From positions 64,001 to 88,932 of IMG/VR virus record IMGVR_UViG_3300037468_000575: a DNA stretch of 24,932 nt. One strand, written 5' to 3'. The stretch comes from a virus. Taxonomy: Duplodnaviria; Heunggongvirae; Uroviricota; Caudoviricetes. This document shows, piece after piece, positions 14,945 through 23,991 of this stretch; within the stretch, counting starts at the first letter, position 1; each line of letters opens with the position of its first letter. The notes beneath the pieces were generated by a model. The model worked only from the letters and a program-made list of their open reading frames with translations, searched no databases and was not told where the DNA came from. A program made the position numbers and the translations under genes.

Positions 14945-15868
14945 TTAAAGAAGAAGTGATTTTGCTACTTCGAAAACAAAAATTTCTTGAAATACTTTGG
15001 TAGGAATAGACGAGGTTCCTGGTTTTGTTACAACATAATTTCCACAACCATTAGCGATGTTTGCAGAAGTTATTACATCTAAACCAGAAGAAATACAAGC
15101 AGCCATAACCGCAACAACTACATCTCCAGCTCCAGTTACATTAAAAACATCAACATGTTCAGCTTCAATATGAACTTCTGTTTTTAAAATTGTATCTTGT
15201 AAATACATACCATTTGCTCCAGCAGTTTTTAAAATATATGGAACATTTTTTACAAGTGGATGAGCAGTACCTAACATCATTAAATCATATTCAGTTTCGT
15301 TAGGGGTAATCATAAAAACATTATCATAATAAGAAGAATGAATTGGTTTTGGATCTACAATAATAGGAGTTCTAAGACCTTTTAAATAACTCATTAATTC
15401 TTCATTAATCATGCCCTTTCCATAATCCGAAACAATTATCATATCATAACATTGACGTAGGGTTGAAGCAATTTGATAAACAATATCACTATTCATTTGA
15501 ACTGGATTTTCTTCATAATCAATTCTTAACATTTGCGTTTGTCGACCTTCGGTGACAACCCTAACCTTTTGAATTGTTTCACTGGTTGATGTTGTAATAC
15601 CGAGACACTTTCCAATCAAACTAATAATTTCTTTACCGATCTCATCATCTCCAAGACCAATAACAGAAAATGTATCCACACCAATAGATCTTAAAGTTTT
15701 AACAACGTTACCACAGCCACCTAATTCAACATATTCGTTAGTAGCTTTTACAATTGGGACTGGAGCTTCTGGAGATATTCTTGATACAGAACCAACAATA
15801 TATCTATCGAGCATGACATCTCCAACTACAAGAATAGATATTTCATTGAATTTTTTTAACGTTCGCAA
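14945..15868 (-). CDS. rfaE: D-glycero-beta-D-manno-heptose-7-phosphate kinase-like protein (HldE/RfaE kinase domain only, PfkB family)
   Basis: VVGDVMLDRYIVGSVSRISPEAPVPIV, GGCGNV, SDYGKG, VDPK, TPNETE and NVTGAGD match the HldE N-terminal kinase domain. TTG start with GGAGG RBS. No adenylyltransferase domain. Confidence 0.9.
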   Translation of the reverse strand: MRTLKKFNEISILVVGDVMLDRYIVGSVSRISPEAPVPIVKATNEYVELGGCGNVVKTLRSIGVDTFSVIGLGDDEIGKEIISLIGKCLGITTSTSETIQKVRVVTEGRQTQMLRIDYEENPVQMNSDIVYQIASTLRQCYDMIIVSDYGKGMINEELMSYLKGLRTPIIVDPKPIHSSYYDNVFMITPNETEYDLMMLGTAHPLVKNVPYILKTAGANGMYLQDTILKTEVHIEAEHVDVFNVTGAGDVVVAVMAACISSGLDVITSANIANGCGNYVVTKPGTSSIPTKVFQEIFVFEVAKSLLL

Positions 15869-15882
15869 GTTTCAACCTCCAA

Positions 15883-16398
15883 CTATTTCACTACAAATCT
15901 TCGACACATAGCAATAATGATATCTTTATTTATAAATTCACCTGGGCATGTTAAATCCTTAATATTTGTTACTTCGTTGTGTAGTTGAATCTTATTAGGA
16001 GAGAGACCATAAATTTTTAGGATGGGATTAATAACTTTAAAGGAAAGAACTTCGTACAATCTTTTTTCAGGTACTTTTAAATCATAGCTGCCAAGAAATG
16101 CAACATGAAAGGCTCTTTGATTTATATCAGGGGAAATATCATCCCATTCGCAAAGGAATGATAAGGGTCTACAAGCTATAGCAATATAATCTTCTTTTAC
16201 TTTTTCAATAATATAATGATAGTTTACATCACCTTTTTTCAACTCCAAAACTCCATTAAAAATATAAGGCATTTGATAATTTGCATTATCTATTTTAGCT
16301 CCTGGATTTTTATACAGTTCCCAAGTATTATGTATGATAATCCAGCGGAAAGGTTTTCGTCTAATTTTGAGAAGTTCTGGACGAAAAGGCATTTTCAA
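15883..16398 (-). CDS. N-acetylmuramoyl-L-alanine amidase (Amidase_2 / T7 lysozyme-like)
   Basis: Zn-ligand pattern IIIHNT ... YHYII ... QLHNEV ... TCPG. Confidence 0.72.
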   Translation of the reverse strand: MKMPFRPELLKIRRKPFRWIIIHNTWELYKNPGAKIDNANYQMPYIFNGVLELKKGDVNYHYIIEKVKEDYIAIACRPLSFLCEWDDISPDINQRAFHVAFLGSYDLKVPEKRLYEVLSFKVINPILKIYGLSPNKIQLHNEVTNIKDLTCPGEFINKDIIIAMCRRFVVK

Positions 16399-16410
16399 AA
16401 CAGTATCCTC

Positions 16411-17457
16411 CTATGACATCTTTCGCAACTCACCCCAAACATATGTGCCTGCTTTTGTTCTGGTTCCAAATTTGTTAGGCGCTGTATTTGGTCTATTGCC
16501 AGCTCGATTAAATGAAACATGAATCCATGGTCTATTTGCGCCATATTCCCAAATAAGTTGATCATAATTTAAACTATTTTTGATATATTGAGCTATATTG
16601 TATTGTTCTAATTCTGTAAGCGTTGGAAATTGTAAATCACAAGCCTGCCCTCTTTCATGTTGTGAAGTTGACGATCCGGGACGAAATCCTGATGTCACGA
16701 GTATGTTTGCTCTTCCCACTAATGTGGATAAAGCTTCTCCAATATTTTCTGCCCAACCCTGTAAATTGCAAACAATTTCTTGAACTGTTAAACCATGTTG
16801 TGCTTTTACACGATTTTTTGAAAGAGCAGTTTTTGTAGATAAATCACTTAGAATAAAATTTGGCGATAATTGAAAATTATCAGGAGGTGGGTCTGCAACG
16901 GTTAAACAAGATACTGGAGGGGCTGTATCTGGAGGTGGAGGAGTATTATCCGTTGAATCAACAACTGTGGGTGCTACATTTAATGAATTTGATTTCGAGA
17001 TTTCGGTTGGAGTTGGAGGTCTTCCAATAACTCTTGGATAAATATTTAAACCATCATCTACAGATTCTTCATCATCAATATTCCCAAAATCAACTTCTGT
17101 ATATGTTATGTCAATACCTTGAAATGTAATGGTAACACTGATAGTTGTCACTTGATCACAAATTGTATATTTAGGACTTCCTGTTACAATTTGTCCACTA
17201 AGGCATCCACTAACAATACTTCCAAATAAAGCTTTTCCTAAATTATTTGCGAAAACAGTATTACTTCCTGTAACAATCTGTCCAGTATGTCCACATGAGC
17301 CAATTACAAGATCTGTAAGTCTAGCTTGTGGTAAATTGTCACATTTAATATCTGGACTTCCACTTATAATTTGTCCCGTCATGACAATACAAGGTACAGG
17401 TGGATGACAACAACAAATTCCTGAAAATAGATCAGTAACTCTAGATGCTTGAGGCAT
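16411..17457 (-). CDS. PAAR-like spike-tip protein fused to a C-terminal peptidase M15 (Zn D-Ala-D-Ala peptidase-like) domain
   Basis: N-terminal ~100 aa has PQASRVTD, PQARLTD, CCCH, CGH and three GQI(I/V)(S/T)GS repeats. A Pro-rich linker follows, then from about residue 195 FQLSPNF...SGFR...SQHERGQACD (H-x6-D)...WIHVS. Confidence 0.85.
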   Translation of the reverse strand: MPQASRVTDLFSGICCCHPPVPCIVMTGQIISGSPDIKCDNLPQARLTDLVIGSCGHTGQIVTGSNTVFANNLGKALFGSIVSGCLSGQIVTGSPKYTICDQVTTISVTITFQGIDITYTEVDFGNIDDEESVDDGLNIYPRVIGRPPTPTEISKSNSLNVAPTVVDSTDNTPPPPDTAPPVSCLTVADPPPDNFQLSPNFILSDLSTKTALSKNRVKAQHGLTVQEIVCNLQGWAENIGEALSTLVGRANILVTSGFRPGSSTSQHERGQACDLQFPTLTELEQYNIAQYIKNSLNYDQLIWEYGANRPWIHVSFNRAGNRPNTAPNKFGTRTKAGTYVWGELRKMS

Positions 17458-17469
17458 TGAAGATTCTCC

Positions 17470-18024
17470 TTAAATATAATCAGTAAATATTGTTTCTGAA
17501 GCTTGTAACTTGTTTATGTTTTCTTGTAACATAGATTTCGCAGCACTTAAATTATTTTGAAATGGCATTAAACCATAAGAAGCTCCTGTCGTTAATAATC
17601 TCGTTAAATAATCATTTCCAAAGTCCCAATCAGAAACTGATTTAGTGATTGTTGGATCATCATCCCAACCAACTCCTTCATATTCATAAACTACAATATC
17701 AGGATCTGGAGGAGCAGGAAAGATTGGTGGAGCTGCTGGAATTAGAATTCTCCAACCTGTGAGATCATTTCCATAAGATATATCTCCATAGGTTGAATCA
17801 TATTCAACATAAGCTCCAGCACCAAAAGTAGGTAATTTTATCGTTGTAAGAATATCTTCTACAGCAGCTTGACAGACATCTGTAACAGCATGGGTTATTG
17901 CATTAATCTGTTCTTGAATTGCCACAATATATGTGTCTAGTTGTGAAATGGTGTCTATAAGACTAGAAACAGTTGATGAGACATTATCAATCATTTCTTT
18001 TAATGTATCTTGATATATTGTCAT
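17470..18024 (-). CDS. Hypothetical protein (184 aa), probably virion/baseplate associated
   Basis: ATGA overlap with the upstream gene; lies between gp5-like and PAAR genes; acidic with an N-terminal coiled-coil-like stretch. Confidence 0.7.
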   Translation of the reverse strand: MTIYQDTLKEMIDNVSSTVSSLIDTISQLDTYIVAIQEQINAITHAVTDVCQAAVEDILTTIKLPTFGAGAYVEYDSTYGDISYGNDLTGWRILIPAAPPIFPAPPDPDIVVYEYEGVGWDDDPTITKSVSDWDFGNDYLTRLLTTGASYGLMPFQNNLSAAKSMLQENINKLQASETIFTDYI

Positions 18025-18800
18025 GCGAAAAAATCCCCTTTCAATAAATCTTTAACACTTGCAATACTATCCATAATACCTGACATCGACACAGATTTTA
18101 CTGTATCAACAGCATCAATAGCAAGCTTCATATCAGAAATATGTGGTACCGATAAACCCACATTAGCAAATAATGCATCATAATCAAAGTCAGCATAGTT
18201 CAAAGCAAAAGGATCATCAACTATATTCATGGTTGAATATAAACTTTGCAATTGATATGAAAAATCATTCAAATATGGGTTATAATAAGATGGATCATAA
18301 GCACTACAAAGAGTTGACAAACATTCTATCAATTTATCAGCAGATTTAAAAATAGATGATAAGACATCTCCTCCTGGCAAGACTCCTTTTAAAAGATCAT
18401 TAATATATCCAGCAATTTGAGCAACTCCAAATTCTGGAACAGTTGTTAGTAAACTATTGAGAGTATCATCAATAATACCATAAATTCCTTTGGACGTATT
18501 TAAAATTACAGAAAGTGGATTATTATCATTTAGATAAGCGCATTGATCTAAAAAAGTTTTTAATGATTCCATATCAGTCATTGTACTCCCTGGTATAGAA
18601 TTCTCAACAGTAGTATTTAAGATACCAATTCCATTATTAATAGCTCCTGTACCAGAAAATGCCATTGTTCGAAGCATAGAGTCCATTGTTTGAGAATGCC
18701 CCATAATAGTACCCTGAGCTAAGGTTAGAGGATTAATTAAACTGGGAAAATCAGTTACTAATTTATTACATACAGATCGATCTGTTGTTGTAAAAGCCAT
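18021..18800 (-). CDS. Hypothetical protein (259 aa, start revised to MAFTTTDRSVC), probably virion/baseplate associated
   Basis: ATG at 18800 has an AAGGA RBS and lies 23 nt after the gp5-like stop. The track start at 18899 would overlap gp5 by 76 nt. Confidence 0.7.
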   Translation of the reverse strand: MAFTTTDRSVCNKLVTDFPSLINPLTLAQGTIMGHSQTMDSMLRTMAFSGTGAINNGIGILNTTVENSIPGSTMTDMESLKTFLDQCAYLNDNNPLSVILNTSKGIYGIIDDTLNSLLTTVPEFGVAQIAGYINDLLKGVLPGGDVLSSIFKSADKLIECLSTLCSAYDPSYYNPYLNDFSYQLQSLYSTMNIVDDPFALNYADFDYDALFANVGLSVPHISDMKLAIDAVDTVKSVSMSGIMDSIASVKDLLKGDFFA

Positions 18801-18823
18801 TTCTATATTCCTTTTTCTAATGT

Positions 18824-19765
18824 TTATGTATCTCGATTTCCATGAGGACTTGCTACGGTTGCATCCATAGCTTGGGTTGCGGATTTTGATGCTCCACAAT
18901 TATCTTGTATGAATGATGCATCATGGGAAAGAGTACCACCAGCTAAATTAGTAATATTCCCACCAGCTTGAACTTTATGAGTATCCTGACTAACTTCATT
19001 AATGGTTCCGCCAGTTGTTATTAGAATATCATCGGCTGATTTAATATGTGTTTCTCCACCATTAGCTAATATTTTAATATCACCAGCTTCGGATCTTATG
19101 TTAATATTTTCATTTGCTGTCAATAGCAAGGAACCATCCGTTTTAATTACAATATCATCTTTAAAATATGCTTGAAGTTGTTGTTGATCAATATCAATAT
19201 GAAAGAAGTCTCCTTTATGAGTTCGAATAAGGATTTTTTCTTTTCCTGTTCTTTCATCAAACAAAATACTTGTTTGATTTCCATCGATCTCATAAACTGA
19301 TGCAGTATCACCGCTGGGTGGGTTTGTTAAGGATCGTTTTTTTCCGGTAATTTCAACTCTAGCGTCAGAAGGATCATCTGATATAATAATTGTTCTTCCA
19401 TTAGAACTTTTAAAGATTGTCCATTTATCTTCATAATTTGTACCAACTTGATTTTCTGGAAGAACTTTTGTATTTTCTAAATCTAAAGAACCAAAGTAGT
19501 ATGGACGATTAATATTACTTTGTTCGAAAAATATCCATATCCATGATCCTTTTCGAGGAATGTAACTAGTGCCAGTATAATAATTTTCTTGATCGTTTTC
19601 AAGATTTCTTCCACCAATAGGATTATTTGCTGGTCTTGCCCAAATTCCTTTTGTATCTCCAATAAGAGGCATCACATCCGGAATCCATACCATTACCCTT
19701 CCAAATTTTTGAGGATCTTTATTTTCAACAACTTTTGCTCTATAGTTGCCATATAATTTTTCCAT
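18824..19765 (-). CDS. Baseplate hub / central spike protein, T4 gp5 / VgrG-like (OB fold plus beta-helix, no lysozyme domain)
   Basis: YGNYRAKVVENKDPQKFGRVMVWIP...WARP...IPRKGSWIWIFFEQSNINRPYYFG is the gp5 N-terminal OB-fold signature. The C-terminus has short beta-repeat segments. Confidence 0.85.
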   Translation of the reverse strand: MEKLYGNYRAKVVENKDPQKFGRVMVWIPDVMPLIGDTKGIWARPANNPIGGRNLENDQENYYTGTSYIPRKGSWIWIFFEQSNINRPYYFGSLDLENTKVLPENQVGTNYEDKWTIFKSSNGRTIIISDDPSDARVEITGKKRSLTNPPSGDTASVYEIDGNQTSILFDERTGKEKILIRTHKGDFFHIDIDQQQLQAYFKDDIVIKTDGSLLLTANENINIRSEAGDIKILANGGETHIKSADDILITTGGTINEVSQDTHKVQAGGNITNLAGGTLSHDASFIQDNCGASKSATQAMDATVASPHGNRDT

Positions 19766-19768
19766 TAT

Positions 19769-20665
19769 TTAATTCCTAAAAAGTAAACGAATAATGTCAA
19801 TAATTCTTCCAAATGCATCTTCATTAATTCTATATAAAAAGGTTGGAACAATTGATGAGCCCACAATTTGAGACGAGGCAAGTGTAGCTAAAAATCTTGA
19901 TAAATCTTCTAGAGCTGGTAAAAAATTAAATGTATAACTTTTTAAAATCTTAGATGTAAATAAGTGTTTATTCAAACCAGGCATAACTTTTAACTCAGAT
20001 AATGATTGAATCAGATTTCCAATATCTGAAAAGTCATATTTATTTAACTCATCTTCAATTTCTTTATAATCAAAACCTGAATATGAAATTGATTGTGCAA
20101 AAACACTTTTCCCAGATTCTCCAAAAAATGCTGCATGTATATAACAGTTTACTAAGAACTTTAATTTCGCAATTTCTGACATAAAACTTCCTAGTAAACC
20201 ATATTCTTTACCAAATAATCTAATAAACATAGCTGTAAAAAAAGATGAAATTATCGATGCATATTTTGAATCTATATTAACTCTTTTTGTCGTGACTTCT
20301 TCCAAACAAATTCCATATAAAATAGAAGCATATAAATTTTTTACTCCTGGTTTTGCAGATAAAACATCTTTAACACCAAATGGAAATAAATTAATTACAA
20401 GTCCTCCAGTTGGTTTATTATAAGCGACTGGTAAATTATATGTTGGTAAATAAACAACATGTAATATATTTCGTTTTTTTGACTTTTCTAATAGATCAAA
20501 AACTTTATCTTTTGAAAAATGATCAATTCCATCTTTGCTAAACTCTAACATTAACCGCATTTTGTCAAGACCGCTAGGAAGTATTACTTTATCCAAATCG
20601 GAAGTAGACATTGACAAGACGTTTGGAATATCTTTTAATAACACAAAATTTTTTTTAGTAATCAT
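19769..20665 (-). CDS. Hypothetical protein (298 aa)
   Basis: Tightly packed in the operon (abuts both neighbours); no recognised motif. Confidence 0.75.
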   Translation of the reverse strand: MITKKNFVLLKDIPNVLSMSTSDLDKVILPSGLDKMRLMLEFSKDGIDHFSKDKVFDLLEKSKKRNILHVVYLPTYNLPVAYNKPTGGLVINLFPFGVKDVLSAKPGVKNLYASILYGICLEEVTTKRVNIDSKYASIISSFFTAMFIRLFGKEYGLLGSFMSEIAKLKFLVNCYIHAAFFGESGKSVFAQSISYSGFDYKEIEDELNKYDFSDIGNLIQSLSELKVMPGLNKHLFTSKILKSYTFNFLPALEDLSRFLATLASSQIVGSSIVPTFLYRINEDAFGRIIDIIRLLFRN

Positions 20666-21055
20666 CTACCAATTTACCTCAACCATCTCATTTGTCTCTT
20701 TTTTGGAATATCGATCGGAACATATTGTAACAATAGCACTCATACTTGGTATTATAACAATATTTAAATTAAACTGTTCTAAAGAGGCAACACCATTTAC
20801 ATACATTAATAAATCAGCTAATGCAACTGTTCCATACTCATCATATGAAAGATAATCTGGTCGATACAAATATTTGCGATCAAAATCTTTTTGACTGGCA
20901 TTTTTTAACAGATAATAAAGATTTTTTTCAAGAACCCACAAAGAGGGTGAAGGAAATGTAAACAGCTCATTTTTACAAACTAGCTGATCAGACATACGAT
21001 CAATATCTACAGCAAGTTGTTTGCGCTGTTTACTTTCTTTATCGATTGTTATCAT
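20666..21055 (-). CDS. Baseplate wedge protein, T4 gp53-like (LysM-like fold)
   Basis: YRPDYLSYDEYGTVALADLLMYVN matches the RPD.(I/L)S...YG......(I/L)...N pattern of gp53-like proteins; near the gp5-like gene. Confidence 0.65.
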   Translation of the reverse strand: MITIDKESKQRKQLAVDIDRMSDQLVCKNELFTFPSPSLWVLEKNLYYLLKNASQKDFDRKYLYRPDYLSYDEYGTVALADLLMYVNGVASLEQFNLNIVIIPSMSAIVTICSDRYSKKETNEMVEVNW

Positions 21056-21068
21056 TTATTAAGCCTCT

Positions 21069-21881
21069 TTAACAAATTTTCCTAGCTAAATTTCCAGTTG
21101 AACATTTGTCTTGATGTCCTTTTTTATAATGACATTTTTCACAACAACTCAAAGCATAATCTGGATCTAAAGCAAAAAATGGTTCTAATTTTTGAGGACG
21201 TTCATGATGAACTTCTGTTGCTTTATCTCCACAAAATTGACAAATATAATCATCTCGTTTTAATACAAAAATTCTAAAAGTTTGATATTCAGAGTTTGTA
21301 TATGTTATTTCATCTTGTTTTTTGTTTGGATCGTGGTGTAATCGATATAGTGGACATTCTTGTTTACATTTTTCTGAACAGTAAAAATAATATCCATCAA
21401 GACATTCACTGTTTTCTAATGCAGAAATTCTTACATATAACTGACTTCTTTTTGGTGTAAACCACCCACCTTTTTCTTTACTATTAAAACATTCTGAATA
21501 TTTACAATGAACTTGAATTTCTTTTTCTTCAGGTTTGTTAGGATTATATCTTAGTTCTTCTATTTTTGAGAAGAATGTATGTTTGTTCTTTAAATCTTCA
21601 ATTGTAAAATATGAATTTTTATTTCCTATTAAAGCTTTTGATATTTTATTCTTTGTTGCAAATGAATGTTTTTTTCCAAGATTTATTCCAATTTTTCCTT
21701 TGTTCCATGCAGTTCTTCCTTTTTTTCCTTTCATTCCGGACATTTGTCCTTTATGCATAATAGACATTTTATTCCTAGTTTTCTCTGAAAATTTTTTTCC
21801 TAAATTAGGTTTATTATGTCCATGAATATATTTATTTCCTTTTTTCACTGCTTGTTCACAACCACATAAACAAAATATCAT
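21069..21881 (-). CDS. Free-standing HNH homing endonuclease with NUMOD3-type motifs
   Basis: N-terminal CLCGC, KKFSEKTRNKMS and KKHSFATKNKIS (NUMOD3-like); C-terminal RDDYICQFCG...EVHHERP...CCEKCH. Confidence 0.85.
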   Translation of the reverse strand: MIFCLCGCEQAVKKGNKYIHGHNKPNLGKKFSEKTRNKMSIMHKGQMSGMKGKKGRTAWNKGKIGINLGKKHSFATKNKISKALIGNKNSYFTIEDLKNKHTFFSKIEELRYNPNKPEEKEIQVHCKYSECFNSKEKGGWFTPKRSQLYVRISALENSECLDGYYFYCSEKCKQECPLYRLHHDPNKKQDEITYTNSEYQTFRIFVLKRDDYICQFCGDKATEVHHERPQKLEPFFALDPDYALSCCEKCHYKKGHQDKCSTGNLARKIC

Positions 21882-22481
21882 CTAAGACTCTTCTCCTCTC
21901 GTCTCAGAATCTGTATAAACATTTCTACTCCATGAGCAGTTCTTGTCATTAATTGACAATCGTTCATTTAGAGTTGTTAAATCATCGTCATCAAGATATT
22001 TTGAATACTCTGAAATAAAAGTGCGATAATCACCTTTAACTAATGTCATTGGGATAGTGAGAAATCCATTATGAAACTTTTCATGCATAGAATTAAGTAA
22101 CGGAAGATATCCTAATTTATTTGCAAAGTGCATTTCAATTGTTTTAGTCGCAATATCAAAAGTAGAAAATTCTTCATTTGCATCGATTTTTTTATTGACT
22201 AATGCTTTTACAAGAATAAATAATGATGGAACATGATGATGCACTTCAATAGATACTTCATTCATTTTTTCTTGAGTAATTGCACATTCTTGAAGCTGTA
22301 ATACATCTCTAACATAATCTCTCCACAGATTATATTCTAAACTTGATCTGACAATCTTTTCACAATTCTTTAAAAATTTCTTATATTGAGTTTCATTTTC
22401 AAAATTTTTAACTCTTAATGCTAATCTAAATGGAGAATCTTCACTATACAACTCCAAATCTTTAGATAGAACTTCCGCCAT
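21882..22481 (-). CDS. HNH-like (beta-beta-alpha-metal) protein (199 aa)
   Basis: ECAIT...IEVHHH...PLLNSMHEKFHNG resembles an HNH core with a long insertion. Function uncertain. Confidence 0.55.
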   Translation of the reverse strand: MAEVLSKDLELYSEDSPFRLALRVKNFENETQYKKFLKNCEKIVRSSLEYNLWRDYVRDVLQLQECAITQEKMNEVSIEVHHHVPSLFILVKALVNKKIDANEEFSTFDIATKTIEMHFANKLGYLPLLNSMHEKFHNGFLTIPMTLVKGDYRTFISEYSKYLDDDDLTTLNERLSINDKNCSWSRNVYTDSETRGEES

Positions 22482-23979
22482 TATCTTCTTCCTTATTTTC
22501 CATTGAAGGATTTGCAGAATTTAAATAAATCTTAAGTAATAATAAACCAGCAGCTAATGGGGCTTTATCAGCCTTACCAAGTGTATCTAAAAATATTTGA
22601 ACCCCAACCCGAACAGGAAATTCTGCAATTTTTAATTGTCTAATTATTGGAACAAACGTTAGAAGATTTTCTTTCACAGCTTTTTTATCATTCTCAACTT
22701 TATATGAAGAATGAATAGCAAGTATTGCTGAAAGTGACGAAAGTAAAGTTTCAGGAATTTTTGTTGAATTTGTTAAAACCTTTTGAACCTTATCATAAAT
22801 CGACATAAAATTTGGAGATCCTTTGTTTCCAAATTTCTCCAGACTTGCTATTGAGAATGATGGAATAGCTTCTAACGCTTTATATGCTAAATCATCATTT
22901 TTTGTTGATATAGATAGTTTTAACTGACTAAAAATCTTTTCTAGTTTCACAGGATCTGTTAATCGGTTAATAATTGGAAGGATATCATCTTCAATAAGAA
23001 CTTCTCTTCCGCCCTTTGTTAATTCGGTTAAGGGTTGATCTTTTGTTTCCAGACATCCACATTCTAACACTGTCTTTTTATTTTTTGTTAATCTGAAAAA
23101 CTGACTAGAAGCTTTTCGAACCTCTTCTAAATCTTCATATACTTCTTTTTGTGCAGATCCAATGGAAGCTAACAAATATGGATAATGAATAGTAGAACAT
23201 AGTCCATTAAAACCTTCCATGCAATATGTAGCTGTTTTTGCAATTTCATCAACAACAATAAAGGATGGCCAAAACAAACCAAAAAGTTTCTTGACTTTAG
23301 AAGGATTATTCGTAATTTCTTGTTGCAATGAAGCTTGATCTACTAAAACAAAAACATCTTTTCCAAAGGCTGAATGTCCGCTTGTTCCATATATTACATC
23401 CTTTTCAACATCACCAGTAACAGATTTATTTAATTTAAGAACTCCAGAAAATATTTTCCAAATAGTTCTAACTATTTTTCTTTCTAGGATTCTGACAATA
23501 CGAACAATAAAATTTGCACTATAATCATCAAGTAATAAATTAAGAAAATGCGCTTCAGAACTAACCGTATAAGGAAGGGCTTTAATAGCGATAATTTGTT
23601 TTCCTAATTTTGGATGATTAATTGTTACATACGTTGGTTCTAACGTCATAGCATCTCGTTGTGGTAATTCAACTTTTATTTCTGGTTTCTTGTCTTTATC
23701 TCTACTGTCTTTGTCATGGGGTGCAGGTGATTGACTACTCTGTTGTTTAGGTGATGGACTACTCTGTTGTTTAGAAGGTTTTGTTTTTTGAAGTATTTGA
23801 TCTTCATGAACTAATCGATGTTTTACTAGTGATATTTCTTCTCCTGTCATGTCCGCAAGCCTTTGTAGAATTTCACTGGTATGATAGACAATTAAATAAT
23901 GTTCCAAACTTCTACAAACTGCTAACAAAATATTCTTTGATACATTTGGAGTTGTTAAAACTGGAAAAACATACATCAT
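22462..23979 (-). CDS. Hypothetical protein (505 aa) with a low-complexity Q/S/P/K linker
   Basis: Long ORF, 20-nt overlap with the downstream gene; no recognised motif. Confidence 0.75.
   Translation of the reverse strand: MMYVFPVLTTPNVSKNILLAVCRSLEHYLIVYHTSEILQRLADMTGEEISLVKHRLVHEDQILQKTKPSKQQSSPSPKQQSSQSPAPHDKDSRDKDKKPEIKVELPQRDAMTLEPTYVTINHPKLGKQIIAIKALPYTVSSEAHFLNLLLDDYSANFIVRIVRILERKIVRTIWKIFSGVLKLNKSVTGDVEKDVIYGTSGHSAFGKDVFVLVDQASLQQEITNNPSKVKKLFGLFWPSFIVVDEIAKTATYCMEGFNGLCSTIHYPYLLASIGSAQKEVYEDLEEVRKASSQFFRLTKNKKTVLECGCLETKDQPLTELTKGGREVLIEDDILPIINRLTDPVKLEKIFSQLKLSISTKNDDLAYKALEAIPSFSIASLEKFGNKGSPNFMSIYDKVQKVLTNSTKIPETLLSSLSAILAIHSSYKVENDKKAVKENLLTFVPIIRQLKIAEFPVRVGVQIFLDTLGKADKAPLAAGLLLLKIYLNSANPSMENKEEDNGGSSI
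23726..23773. repeat. In-frame 24-bp tandem duplication (encodes KQQSSPSP / KQQSSQSP)
   Basis: ggtgattgactactctgttgttta followed by ggtgatggactactctgttgttta; 23 of 24 identical. Confidence 0.9.
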
Positions 23980-23991
23980 AACTGTGTTCTC

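Noticed and set aside
14850-15047. 65-aa minus-strand ORF
   Set aside because: Overlaps the 3' end of the heptose kinase by 103 nt in another frame and runs over the candidate promoter; no clear RBS.
18801-18899. Longer start (MWSIKIR...) for the 18021 ORF
   Set aside because: Overlaps the gp5-like gene by 76 nt; the ATG at 18800 has a proper RBS just after the gp5 stop.
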